Of a stretch of 64,000 nt of DNA, positions 37,491 to 50,829 are shown piece by piece; the first letter of the stretch is position 1; every line of letters starts with the position of its first letter. A program made the translations under genes and the position numbers. The notes beneath the pieces are model-generated. The model searched no databases, was not told the DNA's origin, and saw only the letters and a program-made list of their open reading frames with translations. This stretch comes from Chiloscyllium plagiosum (taxonomy: Eukaryota). The DNA lies in assembly GCF_004010195.1 (NCBI RefSeq), contig NC_057720.1:5413241-5477240 (forward strand). The letters are read 5' to 3'.

Positions 37491-37921
37491 TATGGCCTCT
37501 AAGCATGCAAACATTCAATACCACTGTCCATTTCAATCTATTTCTTCTGCCAATGAACACCTCTGTCTTCCTTCATCAAAGTTGTGACAACACATCAGAA
37601 ATTACATTCTCTCATCCTGCCACATGTATAATTTTCAAATTAAATATCCATAACAATAAACTCCATCTAAACAGTCTGGCATTTTTATCTATAAATATAT
37701 GCAAAACAATTAAGGGATTATGATGAATTGTCTCAGACACATTATTGGCAACATAAATGTTGAAATATTGCAATGGCAACACTAAACCCAAGGTCTCCTT
37801 CTCAATTGTGGAATATTTCTGTTGATGAATATTCAACTTTCTGGAAGAATACCCAATACATCTTTATATCTTCTCATCGTAATCTTCTTGAATGAGAACA
37901 GCACTGACACCCACATAACTA

Positions 37922-38420
37922 TAGAGTCATAAAGTCATAGAGTCACACAGCACTTAAACAGACCCCTCAGTCTAATTCATCCCATGCCAATCAACTTTCC
38001 CAAACTAAACTAGTCCCATTTGCCTATGTTAGCCCATATCCCTCTAAACCTTTCCTAATCATGTATCTGACAAAATGTCTTTTAAATGTTGTAACTGTAC
38101 CTGCATCTACCACTTCCTCTGGCAGCTCATTCCACATAAGAAACACCCTCTGTGTGAAAACATTGTCCCTCAGGTCCCTTTTAAACTTTTCTCCTTTTAC
38201 CTTAAAAAATGCCCCCTAGTTTTGAACTCCCTCACCCTGGGGAAAACACTTTTGTTATTCACCTTATCTATACCTCTCAAGATTTTCTAAACCTCAATAA
38301 GGTCATCCCTCAGCCTCCTACGCTCCAGTGAAAAAGCAATAGTCTATCCTAATAATTCAAAATGTCCAGTCCCAGCAACATCCTGGTAATTTTTATCTGA
38401 ATCCTTTCCAATTTAATAGC
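37922..38420 (-). mobile_element. CR1 3' fragment nested in Gmr1
   Basis: Reverse-complement 3'UTR with an (ATAGAGTC)n-like tail. Confidence 0.85.
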
Positions 38421-41400
38421 ATGGTTTTGGATCATTAGGTGTGGCTAACACTGGGGCAGTGATTAACGCAGCTTACAGGCTTTCAAATACTTTCTGACAT
38501 TCCCCTGTCCGCTGAAATTTTCTGCACTTCTTCAACAAGGCAGTCAGTGGGACAACCACGCTGCTAAAATTCGGTCCAAATTTTCGGTTAAAAAGTAACC
38601 CACTCAGCCCTAGGAGTCATAGTACTTCCTTCTTCATCAATGGAATGGGGACCTCCCCAAAAACCTTTGTTTTCACATCTCGTCCATGTTTGATAACATG
38701 GCCCAGGGACGCGACTTGGACTTTTGGAAACTCACTCTTGGCCAGGTTGATTACCGAGCCTGCCTCCAAAAGTCAGTTGAATAATTCCAACACATGTCGC
38801 AAATGTTCCTTCCATGTGTCATCAGGTCATCCATGTACACTACACAATTAGGTAATCCAGAAATGGCATGACTTTAAACTGGTATGTCATTTGATGTCAT
38901 GAAAGCAGAAATTTCCTTTGCTCTCTTGGATAAAGGTACCTGCTAGTATCCTTTGAGAAAGCCCAGCTTCGAAATACAAGTTGTTTGTCCCACCTTCTCA
39001 ATACCGTTTTCCAGCTGTGGAATAGGATATGAATCAGATTTCATAACTGCATTGACTTTGCATAATTAACACATAGATGATGGGTTCCATCTGGTTTTGG
39101 AACCTTTACTATGGGTGAGCTCCATTCACTGCAACTCACTTTGAGTATATTGTCTTTCAGCATGCTTTCAATTTCTTTAAATCTATGCCCATTTTAGAGA
39201 GTTAAGTCTATAAGGATGTTACTTAATTGGAACAGCATTTACTATCTCTACATCTCTACCTCATGCATAATCAGGTTAGTACTTACCAGCTGATTCTCAC
39301 ATATCTCATATGTGATTGTAATAACTCTTTCATGTCATTTCAATTTCCCTCTGAAAGGTAACTTTATCCCAATTTTTGTCCAATTTCATTTGATGAATAT
39401 CAAATTCAAATTTATCTGATTTGGGTTCTGCACACCAGTTGTAAAAAATATCAACTGTCCTTTTTCCGTATTTCCCTATCAAAATATCGTTTGACCATAT
39501 TCACATGACATGCTCTGAGTTTTCCTTCTATCTGGCATTTTTATTAAATAATTCACCTCACTCAATTTCCTTTCTTTTTCATAAGGCCCACTAAACCTTG
39601 CCTTTAAAGGTTCAGCTACCACAGGTAGTAACACTAAAACTTTATCTCCTCTAGCAAAGCTACAAATTTTTGATTTCTTGTCTGCTTCCTGTGTCATCAC
39701 ATGCTGTTCTACTTTCAAATGTTGTCTAGTCAACTCACCCGCCTTATTTAATCTTTCCCAAAAATTTGATACAAAGTCCAGATGTGTGGTTTCTGAACAC
39801 CGACTTATCAATTTTTCCTTAATTCATTTCAGTGGTCCTCTCACCTGATGTCCAAAAACTAATTCAAATGGATTGAATTTAGTTGATTCATTAGGTGCAT
39901 CCCTAATTGTACAAATGGAATTCCTTTTGCAATCCTCTGAATAGTCGTGACTATAAGTCCTCAATGTGGTCTTTAAAGTTTGATGCCATCATTCTAATGC
40001 TTCCTGTGATTCTGGATGGTTGACTTAAATTGTTTTATTTCTAAGCTATCCATACTTTCTTGAATCATTTTGATGTAAAATCTTGATCTGATTGCATTTC
40101 TGTAGGTAGTCCATATCGAGTAAAACAAAAAGAATAACTCTTCTGCAATCCTTTTAATTGAGATATTGTGTAATGGAATGGCCTGTGGAAATCTAGTGGA
40201 CACAACCATCATGGTCAACATATACTGATTCTTACTTTTTTTTAAGAGAGGGTTCCTATGCTACCAATTAAGACTCTTATAAAAGGATTCTCAAATGCTG
40301 AAATAGGTATTAGTAGTGCTGGTTTTATCACTGATTGAGGTTTTCCAAGTATCTTGCATGTATGACATGTCCAGCAAAATTCAACCACATCTCTATACAG
40401 TCCAGGCCAGTAAAAACGTTTTTGGACTTTGGGTTGAGTTTTCCTTACTCCCAAGTATCCTCCTACTGGTATTTCATGTGCTACCCACAATACCTCCTTT
40501 CTATAATCCACTGGTGATTCAACTTGATGAATTTCTGCCCATGTTTTTTTCTGCCTGAACATGTGATGGCATCCATTTCCTCATTAAGACTTCACTTTTA
40601 AGATAGTAACATTCTGGGATACACTCAGATTTCTTCTGTGAATGCATTTTGAAACAACTGCTTTATTTTCTTTCATCATTTTTGTTGTGATTCAACTAAC
40701 TTCTCTGAAAAATATCCACTTTATTCTCCACCTGCTCTTGTTTTATTCTCAACCATTTGATCCAACATGGTTTCTGATAACTCCTTGACCTTTACTCTTT
40801 GATTTCTCCTCCTTTTTCAAGCCGTGACTTAGTTACCACACAGTTGAGAAAAATCGAGAATATACTTTCTGTAACATCTTAGTTACCTGATTTCTCACTG
40901 GCTTTTCAATCACGGTAGGCATCGTTCCCACCTGTGATCCAGCTATATCATTACCAAGAATAAACTATATCTCCGGAACAGAGAATTTCTCTCGTACTCC
41001 TACCACCATTTTACCATTTTTCAGTGGACTCTCCAACCTCACCTTATACAATGAAACACTACTCTTCTCACCAGAAATTCCACATATTACCACCTTTTCT
41101 GGCAATACTCCTTTCAAAGGACATACCTCCTCATCTCTCACCATCAAAGCTCGACTTGCTCCTGTTAATTTCTTTACCTACTCCTCCTGTTACAAACAAG
41201 TGAACCACACAGGTAAATTCTTTAAGCAATCTGGTATTTTCTTACGAACCAACCCCTAACCAGGCTGTGCATTCTTTTGCAGCTCTTTAGCTTCCAATAC
41301 GATTGCATTTATGAATTCAATAAACGCTACTGGCTTATCCTGTTTTACCATATCCGTAATCACAGTGATTTTCTTAAACCAACACTGCGACTGTATGTGT

Positions 41401-41599
41401 CCTTCTTTATTACAGTGAAAACACCTGAGCTTTTTAACTTCTCTTCCCAGTCATGGTTTTATTAAACCTGTGGTAAACCATCTTTACTATCTTCAATGAG
41501 ATCTTCTCTTCTTTTACTACCTGAGGATTTCTCTTTTCCTCAAATTTCTATTCCCCACTCATTAAAATTGATATTGGAAGCCAAACTTTGGTTTATGAA

Positions 41600-41896
41600 T
41601 GACTTGGAGGCGCCGGTGTTGGACTAGAGTGTACAAAGTTTAAAAAAAAGCCAGGTTATAGCCCAACAGGTTTATTTGGAAGAGTGGAGAAAGTGAGGAC
41701 CGCAGATGCTGGAGATCAGAGTCGAGAGTGTGGTGCTGGAAAAACACAGCATGTCAGGCACCATCCGAGGAGCAGGACAATCGATGTTTCAGGCATAAGC
41801 CCTTCATCAGGAAAGATGAAGGAGCAGCGATCTGAAGGCTAGTGCTTCCAAATAAACCTTTGGGCTATAACCTGGCATTGTGTGATTTTTAGCTTT
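41600..41896. mobile_element. Nested Penelope repeats (family 1 inside family 3) in Gmr1 gag
   Basis: CTTTG(G/A)TTTATGAA flanking repeats. Confidence 0.75.
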
Positions 41897-42329
41897 GATT
41901 TATGAACTAACTCATAATCATTGGCCATTTCAGCTGCTCATTTTGCAGTTTTAACACTCTCTGCTCTTTCACACGTGTTCTCACTACTTCAGGAAATGAA
42001 ATTTTGAACTCCTCCAAAGTAAAAGTTTCTCTAAGAACAGACTACGTCTGATCTATTTTCAATGCCCTTATCCACCTATCAAAATTACTTTGTTTTATCC
42101 TTTCAAACTCTATGTACATTTGACCAGGTACCCTCCTTAGATCCCTAAAATGTTAGCAATTTCCAATGATTCTGAATGTATTCCTGGCAATTGTAAATGT
42201 AGAGCTATTATTGCAATTCTGTCCCCTTTCCTCACAGACACAGGTAACTGCAACTTCAACTGGCTGCCCATTCCAAAGGTTTTGCCTTGCTCACTTGTTG
42301 CAAAAATGTCCAAAGTGACTACTTCCACC

Positions 42330-42538
42330 ACAGTTAGAGACAAAAGAACTGCAGATACTGGAATGCAGAGTAGACAAACAGGAGGCTGGAAGAATTACAG
42401 CAAACCAGGCAGCATCAAGAGGTGGAGAAGTCAATGTTTCGAGTCGAGGTTCTTCATCAGGACTGGGGCCTGAAACATCGACTTCTCCACCTCTTAATGC
42501 TGCCTGGCTTGCTGTACTTCTTCCAGCCTCCTGTTTGT
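42330..42538. mobile_element. Penelope terminal-repeat hairpin with 11-bp TSD
   Basis: CTACTTCCACC at 42319 and 42539, with inverted arms. Confidence 0.8.
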
Positions 42539-43844
42539 CTACTTCCACCTTAGCAACAGAAAAAGCCATTGTTGTACAAGGTACACTCTGTTTAAACCAA
42601 CTGAATGCAACGCCCGAAACAATATAAAACCAAGACTCACCACTTGCTGCCTTTGAGTCCAATAATCCGAAATGCACCATGGAATTAAATATTTCAATCC
42701 TGACAAGAGCCCCTCATTTGTTATGGAACAAACCAAACCCCTTTAAAATGTATCAGAAAGGTAGGCTGGACTGTAACTCTTATCTTATTTACAGATAAGT
42801 GTAAGGTGCTGTGCTCCAGATGTAATTCGATTGGTTACAGTACACGGCTTTAAGCAAAACACACTTGATTCTTTCTCTACAGTTAAAATATAATCAAAAG
42901 AAAAAAGAATTGGTATAACCTTAAGTCTATTGGAAAGTTTAACAGAATACTAGATTATTTAGCTACTAAACTAAACTAGTCCGACCTGCTTGCATTTTCG
43001 CCCATATCCTGACAAACATTCCCTGTTCATGTACTTATCCAAATGTCTTTTAAATGTTCCAACTTCTAAAATAAACCTGAGGCTTCACAAGTTTACTTTA
43101 TTGGCTTGGAGCAGTCTGCTCCGCACCTCTGTCTCAACCTCTCTTCAAAAAATAAATCAGGACAAAATACACCTCTTAAAGCCATAGTGTTGTCATGGTT
43201 TTCATTGCTTTCAACAAGTAGGACGGTTGTGTGACATAATGGGTAGTGGCCCTGCTTCTGAACTAGAAACTCTGAGTTTGAGTCCCACCTCAGACCTCGG
43301 GACCAAGGAAAGTGTGCTGTTAACACTGCCAAAACAGGTTGAATATTAACCTGAAAATCTTTCACAAAATGGCTGGGTGAGATTCCGAGTCAGCAGTGCA
43401 CTGACAAGAATGTCCATAGCTGCAGATGGCTACATGCATGCAAAAGGGACACAGTCATAGCAACATGGATTCCCCAAGTAAACCATAACACACCACAGTT
43501 GAGCAATGTGAGTACAACAGAAAATACGATGACATTTTGGTAATTTGTCACATAGTTAGTTGGAGAGATTTGGTAAGCATAGAAATATAGAAACATGGAA
43601 AATGGGTGCAGGAGTAGGCCATTCAGCCCTTTGAATTTGCACTGCGTTTCAATAAGGGCTAATCCGGATCAATGATGCAGAGCAAAATAGCCAAAAGAAC
43701 TGGAATGATCTAAATCAAAAACAAAAACAAAAACAGACACTGCTGAAAAAACTCAGCAAGTCTAGCAGCATCTGTGAAGAGCAAACAGAGTTAAGATTTC
43801 ATGTCCCAGATGCTGCCCTACTTGCTTTGCTTTTACCAGCAATG

Positions 43845-43966
43845 GGAGTGGATCAATAACCCTGAGCAGAGGCAATAAACCAGTGCGGATCAATAACCCG
43901 GAGTGGAGTTAATAACCCGGAGCGGAGTGGGTGCGGATCAATAACCCGGAGCGGAGTGGGTGCGGA
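43845..43966 (+). repeat. Short tandem cluster of GGATCAATAACCCGGAG-like units
   Basis: Four AATAACCC(G/T)GAG copies with GCGGAGTGGGTGC spacers. Confidence 0.85.
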
Positions 43967-44900
43967 GGTGGGATCTGCCTGCAGTCGGGTTTATGCAATT
44001 GGTGAAGACGGTGCTGTTTCTGCTGCGCTTTGATTCGGATTGACAGAAACCGAGCAGGAGCAGGAGCAGGAGCAGGAGCAAGAGCAGGAGGAGGTGACTG
44101 AGCCCGTGGGTAAGATGCTGGGGGACAGGATCTGGCTTTGGTTATTGTGGTGGTGCCGGGTTGGGAGTGTTTCTCAATGGTGTTTGTATTGGATCAGAAC
44201 CTGATAATGTACCCGCCGCTGGGAGAGATAATACCACTGACATGTGTGTGTCTGTGTCTGTGTGTGTGTGTGTGTGTTAGCGCTGCCCGCTGTATCACAG
44301 GACACTAACTGATCCGAGACACCAGCATCATCTTCAACATGATCGACATAAACGTTAAAATATCAAAGGAGCTTGTTCATGTCGCGGTTATTTAAAAAAA
44401 CAGTAGAATTTTCTGAGTGAAATCCTGAAACAAGGTGAGTGTAACCTTGTCTTGAAGATTTGTTGTAATATTATAGCAGGGATGGTAGACGGGGGATAAA
44501 TAATATTGATTCTGCTTTTTCTGTGATTGTAGACTAAATGGTGATTTACAATGAGGATTCTCTCCAGGGGCAATTTCCCCACTCCCTCCTTTTGTGTTCT
44601 TTGAAGCGGCCCCCTTTTGTTGCCCACAGTTGTCGGTCTCCTGGTAACCAACAGTGAAATCGTGAAACACAATGAAGGGCGGATTGACACTTCCGGGGTG
44701 AATGAGGATAATACCTTGTGTTTCTTCGGTGCGTACACTTTTTATCCGTGAAGTGAATAAACCCTCATTATTCCTTTTTGTCCCCCGACTCTAGTTTTTG
44801 TCCACAGGCATTTTCTTTCCGCCGGTGAATTGAACAGCCAGATAGCAGCGCTATGGGGTGTTCAGTGTCAGATTGCAGCGAGTGGTACAACGCTTTTGAA
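43880..44900 (+). promoter_or_regulatory. Candidate CpG-rich promoter / first-exon region of a host gene
   Basis: CpG visibly enriched, no recognisable transposon. (GAGCAG)n at 44052-44092, donors G|GTAAGA (44110) and AAG|GTGAGT (44435), GC box at 44677, ETS-like CACTTCCGG at 44688. Confidence 0.5.
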
Positions 44901-45219
44901 TGCACTGCCTTGCATCTCTGTTGCAGCTGCGCAGGTTATCAGAGATTACAAGGCCTGCAGTCGAGCAGAGACATACTTTTTGTAAACGTGTCAGTGCAAT
45001 CGAGGTTAGGATAAAGCAATACTATGGATGCTCACACATTCTGAAATAAAAATGCTGTAAGTTCTCCTCAAGTTTATACCAGAGAGGTAGTTAATAATGC
45101 TTCATTCCCATCAGAACTGGGAATAGTTTGTGATGGCATAGAGTTTTGAGTCAAGCAGCATTTTCTGTTTCTATATTTTGTGGTTTTTGATAACAAGCTT
45201 TATTTTCAAGTAGGTTTAA

Positions 45220-46905
45220 GTAGGAGAGACTAGGACCTGAGGGCACAGCCTCAGAGTAAAAGGACAATCCTTTAGAACTGAGATGAGGAGGAATTTCTTC
45301 AGGGTGTTCGATCTGTAGAAGTAATTTCTGCATAAGACTGTGGAGACCAAGTCATTGAGTGCATTTGAGACCGAGGTAGACAGATTCTTGATTAGTGAAG
45401 TGATCAAACGTTACCAGGAGAAGACAGGAGAGTGGAGTTGAGAAACGAATCAGCCATGACCAAATGGCAGAGCAGACTCAAAGGGCCGAAGGGCCGAATG
45501 GCCTCATTCTGCTCCGATAACCAGTGGCCCTACATGGCTTATCAAGCTTGCACTGGCTTTGCGTACGAGATAGAACCAGAAGTAGGCCATTGAGTCTGCT
45601 CTGCCATTCGATGAGTTCATGGCTGATCTGATAATCCTCAACTCCACCTTCCTGCCTTTTCCCCATAAGCCCCAATTCCCTTACAGTTTGAAGATCTGTC
45701 TCAGCCTTGAATATATTTATGACAGAAAACTAGTACACTTATACATCAGGTAATAAGGAAGGCAAATAAGGAATTTTGGTATTTATTGTTAAAAGAATAG
45801 TTTTAAAAAGTAGGGAAGTGTTGCTGCAAATATACGTTGCATCAATGAGAGTGGACCTGGACTACTGCATGCAATTTTGATCTCCTGACTTGAAGAGGGA
45901 TGTATTTATATTGGAGGCAGTTCATTTGACTGACTCCAGAGATGAGGGGTTTGTCTTATTGAGCAGTTTAAATCTATACTCTCTGGAGTTCAAAAGAGTA
46001 AAGAGGAGATTTAATTGAGGCCTGCAAGATAGTAAAGGAGATTTACAAAGTAGGTGCAGAAAGAATGTTTCTCTTTGTGGGGCAATGTAGAGAGTCATAG
46101 TTTTAGGAGAAGGGGTAGCAGATTTAAAACAGAGTTAAGGAGGAATTACTTCTCTCAAAGGGTCAGGGATCTGTGGAATTCACTCCTCCAGAGCGCGATG
46201 GATGTCAGGACATTGAGTAAGCTTAAGAATGAGATCGATAGATTTTTAATGAGTAATGGGTTGAATGGTTATGGCGAGTGGACAGGAATGTAGAGTTGAG
46301 GCCGAGATGAGATCATCCACAATCGAATTAAATGGTGGAGCAGGCTCGGGGGGCTGAATGGCCTGCTCCTTGTTCTTATATCCTTAATGACCCAGCCTTA
46401 ACAGCTCTCTGTGGTAAAGAATTGTATAGATTCACAGTCCTCTGAGGGAAGAAATTTCAACTCATCTCTGAGCTAACTGAGATGTTGTCCTCTGGTCCTA
46501 GACTTTTTCCCAAGAGGAAACAAACTCCGTTCATCTACCCTGTCAAATTCCCTAAGTATCTTAAAACAAAGAACTGCAGGTGCTGGAGATCTGAAATAAA
46601 AGACAGAAATTGCTAGCAGTCACTGGACTCCAAATGTGAATCTGCTCTCTCTCAATATATTCTGCCAAACCTGCTGACTTTCTCCAGCAATTTCTGTTTT
46701 TGAGCGTTTCAATAACATAGCCTCGCATTGTTTTATATTCCAGTGAGTACAGGCCCAACTTACTCACCCTCTCCTCATAAGACAGTCCTTCCATTCCTGT
46801 GATCAGCCAAGTGAACCATCCCTGGACTGCCACCATTGCCAGGGTACTTTTCCTTAGATATGGGGCCTAAATCTGATCACAGTACTCCAGCTGGGGTCTG
46901 ACAAA
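45220..46905. mobile_element. Cluster of CR1 3' fragments (45220-45520 plus, 45735-46380 plus, 46385-46905 minus)
   Basis: ELRRNYFSQRVRDLWNSL and LSYEERVSKLGLYSLE. Confidence 0.8.
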
Positions 46906-48487
46906 TGCTCGTGCCTCATGTAGTTTTAGTAAGATTCCCCCTTTATTATTACATCCCCTTTGAAATAAAGGCCCGAAACACTGACTTTGCTTTCTCTCCA
47001 TCGTTGCTGACAGACCTGCTCTGTGTCTCCAGGAATCTGTGTTTTTGTTTCAGATTTCCAGCATCCACTGTCCTTTGTTTTATTCTGTTTGCCTTCTTTA
47101 TGACCGGCTGAATTTGGAGTGTATGAGCCACCTGATACCTCTGACCATTCGCACCCCAAAAATGGGGGGGGGGGGTCACAATCTGAGCCTCTGACCCTTC
47201 CCACCTCAAATATTGGGGGGGGGGGCACCGCCCACCATTTCAGCAACTGATGGTTGATTTTCTGTCCAATGGATCGACTTATTTAAGTTAAGGGTCAAGT
47301 CACATATATTGCCACAGAGCATTATATAAAGTGGTAGTGTGATTCTGCCAGTGCAGATTTTATATATATAATATATATATATATGCACTGCTTTCTCTCC
47401 ACTTATGCTGCCAGACCTGCTGAGTTTCTCCAACAGTTTCTGCTTTTGTTTCAGATTTCCACCATCTGCAGTTCTTTGGTTTTTTTATTGAGATATATCC
47501 GTATTTTGTTTGGCAGCATCTGTGGAGAGACAGGCAGAGTGAACGTTTCGAAACTGTCAAAATCCCCAGAGGCTGATAGACCTGCTGAGTTCCTCCAGCA
47601 ACTTTCTGTTTCAGGTCTCCGCGGTATTTTGCTGTCCTCTGCGTGATGTTTCTCAGTTCTACTTTGGTGTGGTTGGAAGATGAGAGCAGGGCTATGTAAA
47701 CATTCTGAGGTGACAGTGTCCTGATAACAATCAACACTGGGGTCTTAAAGCTTTGGATGGGGCCCGCTGGGCCTGAGCTCATTTTGTTAATAATACGGAT
47801 GATGTCATAAAATACTGTTGATAAGGAAACGACCCTTGCTTTGAGGGGTGGGGCATGTTGTCAGCTGTCAGTGTCCGTAAAGTATGCCTTTGCTTCGACC
47901 TATTTGGTTAAGTGGCCAGTTCTGAAGCCAGATTCCAGCACGCCATCCTGCCAAGCACTGGAAGGGTTACTGTAGCACCGTCTGGTGTGTTGTAAGTTGT
48001 CTCTTCTCTTTGCCGTCCGCGTAACTGTGATATTTATATATTTTCTCGAGAGGCTGATCATAGCCAGTAAAATACCAGTTAAACCTCTTGGTTGGATTGA
48101 GATTGTGAGAGTGATAGGGCCCTGAGCTGTGAGAATGGATCTGAAAATTTGCACCTACTCTGGTGGCTTGGAGTGATGACTCCTGGGGAGGTTCCCAATT
48201 CCAGTTGGAGTTCCCATCATTCTCAGGGAATGTGAATCCACATTAGGAAGGTCTCAGTGAGACTGCGTAAGGAGTACAGTTTTGATGTCCTTCCTGAAGC
48301 ATTACAGAGAATGTGTGCTTGGCTAATTCGTGGAGTGACGGGGGTGTCTTATGAAGAAAGGGGATAGATGATAAATTCTGGACCTAGCCCAAACTTGTGA
48401 AGGATTCACAAAGAGCACAGCTGTATGTGCTGAGCCCACAATGGAGCTTAATAGAAGGAGAGCTGCCAGAGGAAGTGGTGAAAACAG

Positions 48488-48935
48488 GGTAAAAAACAAT
48501 GACTGCAGATGCTGGAAACCAGATTCTGGATTAGTGGTGCTGGAAAAGCACAGCAGATCAGGCAGTATCTGAGGAGTAGGAAAATCGACATTTCGGGCAA
48601 AAGCCCTTCATCAGTAATACAGGCAGAATGCCTGAAGGGTGGAAAGATAAATGAGAGGAGGGTGGAGGTGGGGAGAAAGTAGCATAGAGTACAATAAATG
48701 ATTGGGGGTGGGGATGAAAGTGATAAGTCAGGGAGGAGGGTGGGGGAAGGTAGCAAAGAGTACAGTGGGTGGATGGGGGTGGGATGAAGGTGATAGGTCA
48801 GAGAGGAGGTGGAGTGGATAGGTGGAAAGTGCATGTCCTTGGCAGAGTGGGAGGGGGAGTTGAAATGTTGGGCCACAAGACGGTGTGGTTGATTGGTGCA
48901 GGTGTCCCGGAGATGTTCCCTAAAACACTCTGCTA
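48488..48935 (-). mobile_element. Penelope GIY-YIG C-terminus and terminal repeat inserted into a CR1 3' end (48456-49110)
   Basis: AQHFNSPSHSAKDM motif and family-1 terminal repeat. Confidence 0.8.
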
Positions 48936-50273
48936 GGATGCGTCCAGTCTACAACGTTTAAAAGACATTTGGATAAGTTCTTGAATAGGACAGGTTTGGA
49001 GGGATATGGGCCACACACAGGCAGGTAGGACTAGTTTAGTTTGGTAACATGAAGGGTGTGGACTTGTTGGACCAAAGGGTCTGTTTCTATGCTGTACAAC
49101 TCTGAGTCTACGAGGGGTAATCTTATCGAGAGAGATAAGATCCTGAGGGTTGTGGATAGGGTGGATGCTGTTATGTCTCATGGGGGAATTCTAGATCAAA
49201 GGGGACAAAGTTTGAACATATGGGAATGAAGAGAAATCTATTCTCTCAGAGAGTGGTTAGTCTGTGGAACTCTCTCCAACATGGAGGCTGGGTCATTGAA
49301 CTTAGCCTACATTGAGTTACGCAGAGTTTTGATCTATGTCAGTGTCCAGACTTTGAGGGGGGCGGGGGGGGGAGGAAGTGGGAGGAAGTGGGAGACAGAA
49401 TAATGAAGTTGAGACCCCAACCAGGTTAGTAACGGTCATATTGAATGGCAACAGTTTTGAAGGGCTGAATGGCCTGTTCTTATGAATCACTTCATGACCC
49501 ACCATCACTCTCCAAGAGATTGTCCCTTTGAAACACAAGATCAGAACCTCTCCAGGATATTTTCTTCACCGTTAAACTCTGTGCGCAGTGTGTAAGTATT
49601 TGCACATTTGATTGATGCCATTAGAGAAGTATAGTTTGACATTGCTATCTCTGCTTTTCTTGCACTGTGCTTTTAATTAGGATAAGGAGGTTAAGGATAT
49701 TTTCTCAATGTAATTGTACATCTCTCCAGCAAAGCTCCAGGTTGCTTGACATTGTTTCAGTTCTCGTTCTAGTATGACTGGGGGTCTCTTGGGGAGGAAT
49801 AATGATCTGAACTGTCCTCTGTTCCTCACACTGAAATAATACTGAGAATCATAGATTGTTACATCATAGAAGGAGGCCTTTGGTCCATTGTGTTTGTGCT
49901 GTCTCTTTCAAAGGAGGCTGTGTTTGTGGCCAGCTGTTACTTCTTGCACCCATTCCCCTGCCCCCAAACCTCACCATGGACAAAGTGAGATGCCGGACAT
50001 ACAGAAAAGAGTTACGGACATTTGACAGTTTGAGGTGACCAAGTAGATTGTCTCAAAATATTTGCTATGCTCCAGCTGTAATAACTCTCAAAAATGACTT
50101 AGAATTGTGTGTGTGCGTGTGTGTGGACTGGGAGGGTGAGTGAGCAGGAGGGAAGGGGAGAAAAATTCCTTCATTTAGCTTCACATTAGAAACTTTAAAC
50201 TTCCTGTGGTCTTGGGGACCATCACACTCTAAACCCACATTGTACAGCAGAACCAACATTGTTTCAGAACAAT

Positions 50274-50604
50274 GGGGACGGCACGGTAGCTCAGTGGTTA
50301 GCATTGCTGCCTTACAACACCAGGTTCGATTCCAGCCTCGGGCAACTGTCTGTGTGGAGTTTGCACAATCTCTCTTTGTCTGTGGGGTTTCCTCTGGGTG
50401 CTTTGGTTTCCTCCCACAATCCAAAGTTAAGTGGATTGGTCATGATAAATTGCCCTTGGTGTCTAGGGTTGTGCAGGCAAGATGATTGGCCATGAGGAAC
50501 GCAGGGTTACAGGGATGGTGGTGGGACAGGGTGGGATGCTGTTTAAAGTGTAGGTGTGGACTTGATGGACCAAATGGCCTGCTTCCACACTGTCAGGATT
50601 CTAT
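50274..50604 (+). mobile_element. Diverged HE1 V-SINE
   Basis: Head, V-domain and tail. Confidence 0.8.
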
Positions 50605-50829
50605 AAAATTTCTATGAATCAATGTGAGACATGCAACAGAATTACCCATAAACCTGCCACCAGAGACTCAGAAATGTCACCCTGTCAACGATTGAAGTGA
50701 AATTGAAAACATTTCGCCTGTGTTACGATCATTAAGTCATGAGTGCCTTTTCTCAAAGAGAGAGATGAGATCCCTGTCTTTGATCTTCACTGCTTGAAAA
50801 ACAGTGTTTCTATTCTGCAGGAGGTCACA

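Larger units (their letters stand above)
36350..43196 (-). mobile_element. Decayed Gmr1-like Gypsy LTR retrotransposon (gag-PR-IN-RT-RH) with both LTR remnants
   Basis: Direct repeats ending ...CCTCTTAAAGCCATAGT at about 36590 and 43190. tRNA-Pro-like PBS at 42697-42716 and PPT at 36599-36611. CFHCNKEGHIQSQC knuckle at about 41385-41428. Integrase at about 40560-39550, RT at about 39230-38780, RNase H (YSTIEKETLGLV) at about 37900-37600. Confidence 0.88.

Noticed and set aside
43845..43966. CRISPR-like array
   Set aside because: Eukaryotic context, irregular and repeated spacers, and no cas genes.
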